Origin: an uncultured Clostridia bacterium
Lineage (GTDB): Bacteria; Bacillota; Clostridia; TANB77; CAG-508
Direction of reading: 5' to 3'
Length of the DNA stretch: 64,000 bases
Assembly (NCBI GenBank): GCA_963558405.1
Contig: CAUWGC010000007.1
Location: 1-64,000, forward strand
In this document: positions 52,296 through 62,954 of the stretch, one piece after another
How positions within the stretch are numbered: the stretch's first letter is position 1
Layout: the number at the start of each line of letters is the position of its first letter
The notes under the pieces: model-generated
Told to the model about the DNA's origin: nothing
The model's database searches: none
The model's input: only the letters and a program-made list of their open reading frames with translations
Program-made: the position numbers and the translations under genes

Positions 52296-54194
52296 GTGAA
52301 TAATACTTCAGAAGAACAAAAAAATATAAAAGTTGAAAAAAAAATCCATCGAAAAATTAGAAAAGTTATACTTAGGATAATAGATGTTTTAGCAATTATG
52401 CTTGCATACTATTTAACTCAAATTTTTTTAACAAATACATTCTGGAATTATAATTATGACTTAATTCAATCAATTATAAATACAATTATTATTTCAATTA
52501 TAGTATATCAAGCTTTTTTACAATTATTTGATGTATATAAAAATATTACAATATATGAAAGTAGTAAAGAATATTTTACATATGGACTTGCGTGTCTGAT
52601 ATCATGTGATGTGGTATCAATGTTGGGAATAATATTTAATTTAAATATATTAAGTGCAAAAGAAAATTTATTGGCTGGTATTCTTACAGGAATTATTATT
52701 ATTTCATATAGAGTGGTAATTCGTTTTATACTAACAAATAGCATTATGGTAAAACCAAATGAAGACAAAAGAAGAAACCTTCTTATTATTGGAGGAGGAG
52801 CTGCAACAAGAGATATTGTCAAAAAAATAAAAGAAAGTATGCAGGATAGTTACTATGTTGTAGGTATTATTGATGATGATAAAAGCAAATTAAATTGTAG
52901 TATTCAGGGAGTAAAGATATTAGGAAATAGAAATGATATTATAGAAATATCAAAAAAATATAATGTTGATGTAATATTTTTCTCTATTTCTAGTATAAAT
53001 CCAAAAGATAAAAAGGATATATTAAATATATGTCAAAATACAGGTGCAAAATTAAGAATATTACCTAGTACAGAAGACTTAATAAAAAATAAAAATATAA
53101 TGGAAAATTTAAGAGATGTTGAAATTGAAGACATACTTGGAAGAGAACCAATTGTATTAGATAATAACAACATTGGAAGTTTAATAGAAGGTCATACTGT
53201 AATGGTAACTGGTGGCGGTGGATCAATAGGCTCAGAACTATGTAGACAAATAATGAAGTATAACCCAAAAGAACTTGTTATTGTTGATATTTATGAGAAC
53301 AATTTATATGATATAGAATTGGAATTAAAAGCAAAATATAAAAAAGCTAAAATAGATGCTATAGTTGCAAGTGTAAGGGATAAGAAAAAGTTAGACAGTT
53401 TATTTGATACTTATAGACCATATTTGGTATTCCATGCAGCAGCTCATAAGCATGTGCCTTTAATGGAAACAAGCCCATTAGAAGCTATAAAAAATAACGT
53501 ATTTGGTACATATAATGTAGTAAATTGTTGTGATAAATATAAAGTAAAAAGATTTGTACTTATTTCTACAGATAAAGCAGTAAATCCAACTAATATTATG
53601 GGAGCAACAAAAAGAATGTGCGAAATGATTGTTCAGGCCAAAAATAGAGGCAGTGAAACAGAATTTGCAGCAGTTAGATTTGGAAATGTATTAGGAAGTA
53701 ATGGGTCAGTAGTACCACTATTTAAAAAACAAATAGCAGCCGGAGGACCTGTAACAGTTACACATAAAGAAATTACAAGATTTTTTATGACAATTCCGGA
53801 AGCAGTACAATTGGTTTTACAGGCAATTACATATGCTAAAGGTGGAGAAATATTTGTTTTAGATATGGGAGAACCAGTCAAAATATATGATTTAGCTGTT
53901 AGTTTGATAAAATTATCGGGATTAGAACCTAACGTGGATATTCCAATAGAAGTAACGGGATTACGTCCAGGAGAAAAATTATATGAGGAATTATTAATGT
54001 CAGAAGAAGGATTACAAAAAACTGAACATAACAAAATTTTTATTGCGGAACCATTAGATATAACAATGGAAGATATAGAAAATAAATTAGAAAAATTAGG
54101 TAATATTATTCAAAATGAAAATACATCTATAAAAGATATAAAAACTACAATAAAGGAAGTTGTTCCAACATATAAAGAAGAAAAATTACACTAA
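52296..54194 (+). CDS. UDP-GlcNAc 4,6-dehydratase (CapD/PglF family)
   Basis: N-terminal TMs; TGGGGSIGSEL, HAAAHKHVP, STDKAV, RFGNVLGS. Confidence 0.92.
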   Translation: MNNTSEEQKNIKVEKKIHRKIRKVILRIIDVLAIMLAYYLTQIFLTNTFWNYNYDLIQSIINTIIISIIVYQAFLQLFDVYKNITIYESSKEYFTYGLACLISCDVVSMLGIIFNLNILSAKENLLAGILTGIIIISYRVVIRFILTNSIMVKPNEDKRRNLLIIGGGAATRDIVKKIKESMQDSYYVVGIIDDDKSKLNCSIQGVKILGNRNDIIEISKKYNVDVIFFSISSINPKDKKDILNICQNTGAKLRILPSTEDLIKNKNIMENLRDVEIEDILGREPIVLDNNNIGSLIEGHTVMVTGGGGSIGSELCRQIMKYNPKELVIVDIYENNLYDIELELKAKYKKAKIDAIVASVRDKKKLDSLFDTYRPYLVFHAAAHKHVPLMETSPLEAIKNNVFGTYNVVNCCDKYKVKRFVLISTDKAVNPTNIMGATKRMCEMIVQAKNRGSETEFAAVRFGNVLGSNGSVVPLFKKQIAAGGPVTVTHKEITRFFMTIPEAVQLVLQAITYAKGGEIFVLDMGEPVKIYDLAVSLIKLSGLEPNVDIPIEVTGLRPGEKLYEELLMSEEGLQKTEHNKIFIAEPLDITMEDIENKLEKLGNIIQNENTSIKDIKTTIKEVVPTYKEEKLH

Positions 54195-54205
54195 GAGGTA
54201 TTAAA

Positions 54206-54682
54206 ATGAAAAAAATAATATTTAGAATTATTATTGTTATACTGTTAGGAATAACTTGTGGAGGTATTTTTTACTTTTCTCATCAACCAGCGGACAAATC
54301 AGATAATACAAGTGGAGAAGTAATAAAAGTAATAATAAATACGTTTTCATATACTAGAAATTTAGATCAACATCAAAAAAAAATATTGCAAGATAGAATG
54401 CAACCTATCATTAGAAAATTGGCACATTTTTCAATCTATACTATTGTAGGGGTATTAATAATGACTTTTTCTAGTACTTTTGATTGGAGATTAATAAATA
54501 AGTTAAGTGTGAGCATAGGATTTGGAATTATATATGCTATTTCAGACGAAATACATCAATATTTTATACCAGGTAGAAGTTGTCAGATAACAGATGTATT
54601 AATAGATTTATTAGGAATAGTATTTGGAATTACATTTGTTACTATTATAAATAAATATAATAAAATTAATAAGGAGGAATAA
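54206..54682 (+). CDS. VanZ-family membrane protein
   Basis: RKLAHFSIY, DEIHQYFIPGR. Confidence 0.85.
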   Translation: MKKIIFRIIIVILLGITCGGIFYFSHQPADKSDNTSGEVIKVIINTFSYTRNLDQHQKKILQDRMQPIIRKLAHFSIYTIVGVLIMTFSSTFDWRLINKLSVSIGFGIIYAISDEIHQYFIPGRSCQITDVLIDLLGIVFGITFVTIINKYNKINKEE

Positions 54683-54686
54683 TAGA

Positions 54687-55892
54687 ATGAATATACCATT
54701 TTCACCACCGGATATATGTGAAAAAGAAATAAACGAAGTAGTGGATACATTAAAATCAGGATGGATTACAACAGGTCCCAAAACAAAAAAATTAGAAAAG
54801 GACATTGCAAGTTATTGCAATGTCAAAAAAGCAGTTTGTCTAAATTCGGCAACCGCAAGCTTAGAACTAACACTTAGAGTATTGGGAATAGGAAAAGGTG
54901 ACGAAGTTATTGTTCCTGCATATACATATACTGCATCAGTTAGTCCAATTATACATGTTGGAGCAAAACCTGTTCTAATTGATATTCAAAAAGATTGCTT
55001 GGAAATGGATTATGATAAATTGAAAGAAGCTATTACTGACAAGACTAAAGCTATTATACCAGTTGATATAGCAGGAATTTTATGTGATTATGATATAATT
55101 TATAACATAATAAGAGAAAAACAAAATATATTTAAGCCTACCCCTAATTCTTTACAAGAAAAATTTAATAGAATAGTAATAATTGCTGATTGTGCACATG
55201 GAATTGGTGCACAAAGAAATGGAAAAATGGCAGGAGAAATAGCAGATTTCACAACATTTTCTTTTCATGCTGTTAAAAATTTGACAACAGCAGAAGGTGG
55301 GGCAGTTGTATGGAAAGATGTAAATGGAATAGATAATGAAGAATTATATAAAGAATACCAATTATTATCATTGCATGGACAAACTAAAGATGCATTACAT
55401 AAAAATCAAATAGGTGCTTGGGAATATGACATAATTACACCTGCATATAAGTGCAACATGACAGATATTAATGCTGCACTTGGTTTGGCACAATTGTCAA
55501 GATATCCACAATTATTAAAACGAAGACACGAAATAATAATGGAATACAATAAAGCTTTTGAAAATGAGAAAATACAGATTCTACCACATGTAACTCGTAA
55601 TGCTATTTCTTCTGGACATCTATATATAGTAAGAGTAAAAGATATTTCAGAAGAAAAGCGAAACGAAATTATTATAAAAATGGGAGAAAAAGGTATTTCA
55701 TGTAATGTTCATTATAAACCAATTCCAATGTTAACCGCATATAAAAATTTAGGATTTGATATAAAGGAATATCCAAATGCATATGACTTTTACCATAACG
55801 AAATAACATTACCGTTATATAGCATATTAACAGACGAACAAGTAAGATATATTATAGAAAGTTTCAAAGAAATATTAAAGGAGACAATATGA
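54687..55892 (+). CDS. DegT/DnrJ/EryC1/StrS sugar aminotransferase
   Basis: SGWITTGP, DCAH, SFHAVKNLTTAEGG. Confidence 0.92.
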   Translation: MNIPFSPPDICEKEINEVVDTLKSGWITTGPKTKKLEKDIASYCNVKKAVCLNSATASLELTLRVLGIGKGDEVIVPAYTYTASVSPIIHVGAKPVLIDIQKDCLEMDYDKLKEAITDKTKAIIPVDIAGILCDYDIIYNIIREKQNIFKPTPNSLQEKFNRIVIIADCAHGIGAQRNGKMAGEIADFTTFSFHAVKNLTTAEGGAVVWKDVNGIDNEELYKEYQLLSLHGQTKDALHKNQIGAWEYDIITPAYKCNMTDINAALGLAQLSRYPQLLKRRHEIIMEYNKAFENEKIQILPHVTRNAISSGHLYIVRVKDISEEKRNEIIIKMGEKGISCNVHYKPIPMLTAYKNLGFDIKEYPNAYDFYHNEITLPLYSILTDEQVRYIIESFKEILKETI

Positions 55893-56587
55893 TTTTAAAA
55901 AAGTGGGATGATATTCCTGAAAAATTAAAAAATGATAAAGTAAAAGAATATTATGACTTATTGAATAAGAAAAAAATTCAACTTATCTTAAAAAGGTTTT
56001 TTGACATTGTTGTTTCAGGAATAATGTTAATAATATTATCTCCAGTTTTCTTAATATTAGCAATAGCAATAAAAATGGATTCAAAAGGGCCGGTGTTTTA
56101 TAGACAAAAAAGAATCACACAATACGGAAGAGCATTTTATATTTTTAAATTTAGGACAATGATATACAATGCTGATAAAGTGGGAACATTGGTGACAATT
56201 GGAAAAGATCCTAGAATTACAAAAGTTGGAAATAAAATAAGAAAGTGCAGATTAGATGAGATCCCTCAATTAATTAATATTTTTTTAGGAGATATGTCTT
56301 TTGTAGGAACAAGACCAGAGGTAGAAAAATATGTTGAATATTACACTGATGAAATGAAAGCAACGCTATTATTAAAAGCTGGAGTAACTTCTACAGCTAG
56401 TATTGAATATAAAGATGAAGATGATATTATTTTAAAATATTTAAAAAAAGGTGAAAAAATTGACAATATATATACAAAATATGTTTTACCACAAAAAATG
56501 TTATGGAACCTAAAGGATATAAAAGAATTTAGTATTTTAAAAGATTTAAAAATAGAATTTAGAACAATAGTAGCTGTTTTAAAATAA
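55889..56587 (+). CDS. Initiating sugar transferase (bacterial sugar transferase family)
   Basis: KRFFDI, FKFRTM, DPRIT, RLDEIPQL, MSFVGTRP. Confidence 0.92.
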   Translation: MILKKWDDIPEKLKNDKVKEYYDLLNKKKIQLILKRFFDIVVSGIMLIILSPVFLILAIAIKMDSKGPVFYRQKRITQYGRAFYIFKFRTMIYNADKVGTLVTIGKDPRITKVGNKIRKCRLDEIPQLINIFLGDMSFVGTRPEVEKYVEYYTDEMKATLLLKAGVTSTASIEYKDEDDIILKYLKKGEKIDNIYTKYVLPQKMLWNLKDIKEFSILKDLKIEFRTIVAVLK

Positions 56588-56603
56588 AATTTGGGAGGAA
56601 ATA

Positions 56604-57584
56604 ATGTTAGTAACGTTTATTATAGTAGCATATAATGCAGAAAAGGTAATAGTAAATTGCTTAAAATGTTTAGAAAATCAAAATTATCCTCATGATCAAA
56701 TAGAGGTTTTACTTGTAGATAGTAATTCAACAGATAAAACAAGAGAAAAGATGATTGAATTCAAACAAAAATCACATAGTTTTAAAAGAATAGAAATTTT
56801 AGAAAATGAAAAAAAGACTTTACCTTGTGGTTGGAATGTTGCATTAAATAGTGCTGAGGGAGAAGTAATTGTGAGAGTGGATGCACATTCGACATTTCCA
56901 AATGATTTTATTAACGAAAATGTAAAAGAAATCCAAAATGGCGAGAATATAGTAGGTGGGCACAGAATAAGTGTAACAGCAGATGATACACAATGGCAAA
57001 AAACATTATTAATTGCAGAACAATCATTATTTGGGAGTGGAATTGCTAAATATAGGAGAACAGATAAAAGAGAGTATGTAAATACATTAGCACATGCTAT
57101 GTATAGGAAATCAGTATTTGACAAAGTGGGTAAGTATAATGAAAAGTTGGCTAGAACAGAAGATAATGAAATGCACTATAGAATGAAAAAAGCTGGCTAT
57201 AAATTTTTATTGTCACCTAATATAGTTTCTTATCATCATGTTAGAAATTCTTTAAAAGGAATGATTAAGCAAAAGTATGGAAATGGAAAATGGATTGGAA
57301 TAACTATGAAATATTGTCCAAAATGTTTTTCTATATATCATTTTGTACCATTTTTATTTGTATGTGGAATTTTAATAAGTATTATAGCTGCAATATTAGG
57401 ATTTCCGGTGTTATTATATATATTGTTGGTAATGTATGGAATGTTTAATTTATTAAATTTAATAATTATTTTTATTAATAATAAATTTTCAATTCAATAT
57501 TTAGTACTTCCATTTATATTTTTAATTTTACATATAAGTTATGGATGGGGAACAATAGTAGGTCTAATCAAGAAAAAAAGATAG
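56604..57584 (+). CDS. Glycosyltransferase family 2 (ExoA-like)
   Basis: VDSNSTD, RVDAH, RTEDNE; C-terminal TMs. Confidence 0.85.
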   Translation: MLVTFIIVAYNAEKVIVNCLKCLENQNYPHDQIEVLLVDSNSTDKTREKMIEFKQKSHSFKRIEILENEKKTLPCGWNVALNSAEGEVIVRVDAHSTFPNDFINENVKEIQNGENIVGGHRISVTADDTQWQKTLLIAEQSLFGSGIAKYRRTDKREYVNTLAHAMYRKSVFDKVGKYNEKLARTEDNEMHYRMKKAGYKFLLSPNIVSYHHVRNSLKGMIKQKYGNGKWIGITMKYCPKCFSIYHFVPFLFVCGILISIIAAILGFPVLLYILLVMYGMFNLLNLIIIFINNKFSIQYLVLPFIFLILHISYGWGTIVGLIKKKR

Positions 57585-57595
57585 GGAGATAGAAT

Positions 57596-58693
57596 ATGAA
57601 GTTAGGAATTATTACACATTATGATGTACATAATCATGGAGCATTGTTACAGTTACACTCATTAAAGACAGTATTAAAGTCATTAGGACATGAAGCTATC
57701 GCATTAAGATTTAAGCATAATTATGATTTCTTAGATGGTGATGCTGAAAACAAATATAATATCACATTAAAGTCAATACCTTTTTATATAGGTTATTTGT
57801 TAAAAAAAGGTTTACCAATTACGTATTTTAACTACAGAAAGAAAAAAATATTAGATAATTTTAAAGCAGAAAGAGAATTAGTTGGAGATTACTATTCACA
57901 TTCAAAAGATATAGATGCTATCTTTATCGGAAGTGATGAAGTATTTAGTATAGAATGTGGTATAGTTCCAATTCTTTGGGGATTTGGTTCTACAACGAAG
58001 AATATTTATTCTTATGCTGCATCATTTGGACCTACTACCTTGGAATGGATAAAACAAAAAAATGCAACAGAATTTATTAGAGGTGGAATATCAAATATAT
58101 CTAAAATTTCTGTTAGAGACGAAAATTCTAGAAAAATTATTGAAAATTTATCAAATAAGCAAGTAGAAATGGTTTGTGATCCTGTTATTTTATATGGATA
58201 CGAAAAAGAAATAAAAGAATTTACAAAGCCGGAAAATTATAAATATATTTTGATATATTCCTATGATAATAACATGAATAAAGAAGAAGAAATAAAAAAA
58301 ATAAAAGAATTTGCAGACAAAAGAAATTTAAAAATTATTTCTGTAGGATTTTATCATAAATGGTGTGACAAGTCTATAAATGTTTCTCCAATAGAATTGA
58401 TAAGATATATAAATGGTGCAGAGTTGGTAATAACAGATACATTTCATGGAAGTGTTATATCTATTATTACCAATAGTGAATTTATCACTAAAATTAGAGG
58501 AAATGGGAATAAGTTACGTTTCTTATTAAAGCAACATGGATTAGAACATAGAATAACTGAAAATTTTGAAAATATAGAAGAAATAGTGAATACAAAAATA
58601 AACTATGATAATGTTAATAAAATTATAAAAAATGAAAGAGAAGAATCAATTAAATTCTTAAAGTCATGTTTGGAGAATAACGTTAATGAATAA
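57596..58693 (+). CDS. Polysaccharide pyruvyl transferase family protein
   Basis: NHGALLQ, IGSDEVF, YAASFG, SVRD, DPV, TDTFHG. Confidence 0.85.
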   Translation: MKLGIITHYDVHNHGALLQLHSLKTVLKSLGHEAIALRFKHNYDFLDGDAENKYNITLKSIPFYIGYLLKKGLPITYFNYRKKKILDNFKAERELVGDYYSHSKDIDAIFIGSDEVFSIECGIVPILWGFGSTTKNIYSYAASFGPTTLEWIKQKNATEFIRGGISNISKISVRDENSRKIIENLSNKQVEMVCDPVILYGYEKEIKEFTKPENYKYILIYSYDNNMNKEEEIKKIKEFADKRNLKIISVGFYHKWCDKSINVSPIELIRYINGAELVITDTFHGSVISIITNSEFITKIRGNGNKLRFLLKQHGLEHRITENFENIEEIVNTKINYDNVNKIIKNEREESIKFLKSCLENNVNE

Positions 58694-59906
58694 TATAAAT
58701 GATGAAGAAGAAAAAGTAAATACTTGTACTAGTTGTGGAATGTGTTCAGCTATATGTCCAAAAAATGCAATAAATATGGAAATAAATAAATATGGATTTT
58801 ATAGACCCATAATAAACAAAAATAAATGTATTAATTGTGGTCTGTGTAAAAAAGTATGTTATAAATATGATATTGAAAATGAAAAAAAAGAAATAAATCC
58901 AGATGTATATGCAGCATATTCAAAAGATGAGGAGATACTAAAAACATCAACATCTGGAGGTATTGCTACAATTATAGCAAAAGAGCTTTTAAAACTTAAT
59001 TATGCGATTGTAGGTGTAAAATATGATTTGACACGAAATATCGCTATTTCTAAAATAATAAAATCAGAAAAAGAATTAGATGATTTAAAAGGATCTAAAT
59101 ATATACAATCTTATACACATGATGCTTTTATGGAAATGATAAATGACAAAACTTCTCAAAAATATGTTGTTTTTGGATTACCATGTCATATATATTCTGT
59201 TAGAAAATATATGAAAATTAAAGAAAATAGAAATAAATATGTATTAATTGATTTGTTTTGTCACGGTTGCCCAAGTATGAACCTATGGCAAAAATACTTG
59301 AAAGAAATAAATAAAAAAAATAAAATTTCAGACATAACAAAGGTGAATTTTAGAAGTAAAGAAAAAGGATGGCATGAATATTGTATTTCAATAGAAAATA
59401 AAAGTAAAAAATATGTTTCAAATTCAATGGATGATTTTTACACATTATTTTTCAGTGATTTAGCTTTAAATGATAGTTGTTATAACTGTACATTAAGAAG
59501 TTCTTTCACATATACTGATATACGATTAGGAGATTTTTGGGGAGAAAAATATGATACTAATACTAAAGGAATATCAGCATTAGTATTATGTACTCAAAAA
59601 GGAAAAGAAATTTTTGAATTTATTAAAGATAATATAGTATATAGTGAAGAAAAGATTGATATTGTTGTGGAAAATCAATCTTTTGGTAAAAAATATGAAA
59701 TTGATTTTAAAATGAGAGATTTAATATTAGAGAATTTATCAAATAATAAATTAAGCATAAAAGAAGCAACAAAAATGTATAAAAATTCTTTAAATTTAAA
59801 ACAGAAGATAAAAAGAAATATAAAAGAAATATTTTATTTAGTTCCACAAAAAAATAGATTATATATAAAGAAGATATATCATAAAATCAAGAAAGGAATT
59901 AATTAA
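58686..59906 (+). CDS. 4Fe-4S / F420 hydrogenase beta-subunit-like (FrhB) protein
   Basis: CTSCGMC..ICP, CINCGLCKKVC, STSGG, GSKYIQS, DLFCHG.PS, DIRLGDFWG. Confidence 0.85.
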   Translation: MNNINDEEEKVNTCTSCGMCSAICPKNAINMEINKYGFYRPIINKNKCINCGLCKKVCYKYDIENEKKEINPDVYAAYSKDEEILKTSTSGGIATIIAKELLKLNYAIVGVKYDLTRNIAISKIIKSEKELDDLKGSKYIQSYTHDAFMEMINDKTSQKYVVFGLPCHIYSVRKYMKIKENRNKYVLIDLFCHGCPSMNLWQKYLKEINKKNKISDITKVNFRSKEKGWHEYCISIENKSKKYVSNSMDDFYTLFFSDLALNDSCYNCTLRSSFTYTDIRLGDFWGEKYDTNTKGISALVLCTQKGKEIFEFIKDNIVYSEEKIDIVVENQSFGKKYEIDFKMRDLILENLSNNKLSIKEATKMYKNSLNLKQKIKRNIKEIFYLVPQKNRLYIKKIYHKIKKGIN

Positions 59907-59908
59907 AA

Positions 59909-60874
59909 ATGAAAATGTTCAGTATTATTATTCCATGTTATAATGCTTTTAAGTTAATGTCAAAGAATTTAAATAATTTAGAAAATCAAACATCAAAAGA
60001 TTTTGAAGTGATAATTGTAGATGATTGTTCAACAGATAATTCTTATCAGGAATTATTAGATTATTCTAAAAAAAGTAAAATGGATATAAAAATTATAAAA
60101 AATGAAAGAAATTTGGGACCAGGTGAAACTAGAAATAATGGAATAAGAAAAGCAGAAGGCGAATACATTTTCTTTATTGATTCAGATGATTATATAGAAA
60201 TTGATACTATAGAAGAATTAAGTAATATAGTAAAGAAAGAAAAAGCGGATTGTATATTTTTTGATTATTATATTGATAAAGCAAAAATGGTTACCAAAAG
60301 AAATGTATTGGATAATATAAATGAAGATTTTTGTAAATCTGATGCTTTAATATATAGTTCTGGCACTACATTAGGGAAGGTTTATAAATTAAAAAATATC
60401 AAAGAAAATAATATTAAATTCCTTGACTTAAAAAGAAACGAGGACATGCCATTTAATAAAGTAGCAATAGCGTATAGCAACAGTTTCTTTTATTTAAGAA
60501 AAAATTTATATCATTATGTTATGAATAATAATTCTCTTATGCATAGAAATGAATTACTAGATGAAAATAATGCTATCAAAGCCTTTAAATATGTAAAGGA
60601 AAGAATAGGAGAAAAATTTCCATATGAAACAGAAGCAATTTTCATAAAGGAATATTTATATGGAACAATTACAACTGTAACTCAAAAAAAAATGTCAAAT
60701 AAGGAATTAAAAAAATACATAATTAAAACTTCTAAATTATATGAAAATTGGTACAGAAATAAAAGTATTTATAGACAACCTATACATGTGAGAATATGTT
60801 TAAAGTTGATAAAACACAAAAATATTTTTTTATTAAAACTATTAATGAAAATTAGAAAAATATTTGTAAGATAA
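59909..60874 (+). CDS. Glycosyltransferase family 2
   Basis: SIIIPCYN, DDCSTD, FIDSDD. Confidence 0.9.
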   Translation: MKMFSIIIPCYNAFKLMSKNLNNLENQTSKDFEVIIVDDCSTDNSYQELLDYSKKSKMDIKIIKNERNLGPGETRNNGIRKAEGEYIFFIDSDDYIEIDTIEELSNIVKKEKADCIFFDYYIDKAKMVTKRNVLDNINEDFCKSDALIYSSGTTLGKVYKLKNIKENNIKFLDLKRNEDMPFNKVAIAYSNSFFYLRKNLYHYVMNNNSLMHRNELLDENNAIKAFKYVKERIGEKFPYETEAIFIKEYLYGTITTVTQKKMSNKELKKYIIKTSKLYENWYRNKSIYRQPIHVRICLKLIKHKNIFLLKLLMKIRKIFVR

Positions 60875-60877
60875 AGG

Positions 60878-61990
60878 ATGAAAAAAATGATAAGTTCAGT
60901 AATTATTTATGGTGTTACATTTATCATAGCACTAGTTTTTATGTATTTATATGATAATAAATATAAAAAATTGGAAAAAAATAAAATATTAAAAGGTTTA
61001 TGTATTTTAGGAATTATTTTACCACCAGTATTACTTGCAGGTTTAAGATATGGAATTGGAATTGATTATGAATCTTATGTAATTAATTATAATTATATAG
61101 CAAATAATATTTCTTTTAACATTATATTTAATTTTTATCAAGAACCACTTAGTATGGTTATATATATATTAGCAAAATTGATTTTTAATGACAGTGTAGG
61201 TTTCTTTTTACTTTCAAGTTTTATTACAATTTTATTCGTTTTCTTAGGCATAAAAAAATACAAAGATAAAATTAATTTGACAGTTGCTTTATTCATCTAC
61301 TTTATGTTTTATTATGGTGTATCATATAATGCTGTGAGACAATGTATTGCAGTTTCAATTATCTTTTTTGCTTATCAATATGTAATTGATAAAAAATTTA
61401 TAAAATATGCTATATGGATTATTATAGCTGGATTATTTCATAAATCAGCATATATTTTTATGTTAGTTTACTTTCTATGTCCAAGGAAGGAAACTAAATA
61501 TTCAAAAAAAATAGATTTACTTTATTATGCTATTATTGTATTAAGTCCTATAATAGTTCCAATTGTAGTAAAAATTATACCAGTAATTACCGACTTTTTA
61601 GGAATTTATAGCAGTTATGCAAGTAAAGAGATAGTAGTAAAGTATGGTTTTTTGTTATATATAATTCCTACATTGATTCCAATATTTATATTCAAAAAAA
61701 ATATATTAAAAGAAAATTATCGTTACAACTTTTTTATAAGAGTAATATTGTTGCAAATTCCGTTACAATTCGCAGCAAATTATATTGCTTATGTAGATAG
61801 AATTGCTTTATATTCTTCAGTTGTACAAATAGTACTAATACCTATAATGATAAAATCTATTGAAAATATAAAAATGAAGAAGCTGATAACAACAGGTGTT
61901 ATTGGATGGTATTTATTTTACTATGTAGTAATGTTTATTTATTTAAATTCAAATGTTACATATCCATATACTAGTATATTTTTTAGATAG
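60878..61990 (+). CDS. EpsG-family polysaccharide polymerase (Wzy)
   Basis: Multi-TM; LRYGIGIDY, RQCIA, FHKSA. Confidence 0.8.
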   Translation: MKKMISSVIIYGVTFIIALVFMYLYDNKYKKLEKNKILKGLCILGIILPPVLLAGLRYGIGIDYESYVINYNYIANNISFNIIFNFYQEPLSMVIYILAKLIFNDSVGFFLLSSFITILFVFLGIKKYKDKINLTVALFIYFMFYYGVSYNAVRQCIAVSIIFFAYQYVIDKKFIKYAIWIIIAGLFHKSAYIFMLVYFLCPRKETKYSKKIDLLYYAIIVLSPIIVPIVVKIIPVITDFLGIYSSYASKEIVVKYGFLLYIIPTLIPIFIFKKNILKENYRYNFFIRVILLQIPLQFAANYIAYVDRIALYSSVVQIVLIPIMIKSIENIKMKKLITTGVIGWYLFYYVVMFIYLNSNVTYPYTSIFFR

Positions 61991-61999
61991 GAGAATAAA

Positions 62000-62941
62000 A
62001 TGAAAATAAGTGTTATTATACCAGTATACAATGTAGAAAAATATATAAAAAAATGTTTAGAAACTGTAAAAGAACAAACATATAAGGATATAGAAGTAAT
62101 TATAGTTAATGATGGTACAAAAGACAATTCTCAAAATATAATTAATGAATTTGTTAAAAAAGATTCACGTTTTAAGTCATTTATAAAAGAAAATGGTGGA
62201 TTATCTGATGCTAGAAATTATGGAACTCAAAAAGCAACTGGAGATTATATTATTTATTTAGATTCTGATGATTTTTGGGATTTAGATTTATTGGAAAGAT
62301 TAGTAGAACAAATAGATTCAAATAAGGAAATACCAGATTTAATATATTTCCCCAAAAGGATAATAACAGAAAATGAAAAATTTATTAAACAAGAAAATGT
62401 ACCTAATATTAGTATGGAAACAGGAGAAAATGTAATATCAATTTTAAGAAATCTACATATTACATTCGAAACGGCTTGGTGTTATTTAATAAATAGAGAA
62501 TTTTGGAATAAAAACTCATTTCAATTTGAAAAAGGAAAATTACATGAAGATATAGGTATTATGCCAATTGTATTAGTACAAGCACAAAAAGTATCTGTTG
62601 TTAATAATTCATTTTACAATTATGTTCAAAGAGAAGGTAGTATAACCAATAATACCAATTATCAAAATTTATTAAAGCGACTAAATGATTTATTATACTT
62701 TTATGATGTTTATCAAGAAAAATTGACAAAACTTAATGTAAGAAATAAAACAAAAAAAATATTAGAGGAATATATTGCATCAGGAGTATTACAGAAAGCT
62801 TGTTTTCTAAAAGAAAAAGAATTCAAAGAGTATAAAGAAAAAATAAAAAATAGAAAAGTATTATCTAAAATTTATTGTACATCTTTTAGAAGTATAATAA
62901 AAAGAATTTATTATATATTAAAATTGTATTTATTATGTTAA
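62000..62941 (+). CDS. Glycosyltransferase family 2
   Basis: SVIIPVYNVE, NGGLSDARN, LDSDD, HED. Confidence 0.9.
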   Translation: MKISVIIPVYNVEKYIKKCLETVKEQTYKDIEVIIVNDGTKDNSQNIINEFVKKDSRFKSFIKENGGLSDARNYGTQKATGDYIIYLDSDDFWDLDLLERLVEQIDSNKEIPDLIYFPKRIITENEKFIKQENVPNISMETGENVISILRNLHITFETAWCYLINREFWNKNSFQFEKGKLHEDIGIMPIVLVQAQKVSVVNNSFYNYVQREGSITNNTNYQNLLKRLNDLLYFYDVYQEKLTKLNVRNKTKKILEEYIASGVLQKACFLKEKEFKEYKEKIKNRKVLSKIYCTSFRSIIKRIYYILKLYLLC

Positions 62942-62954
62942 AGGAAAGGTATTT

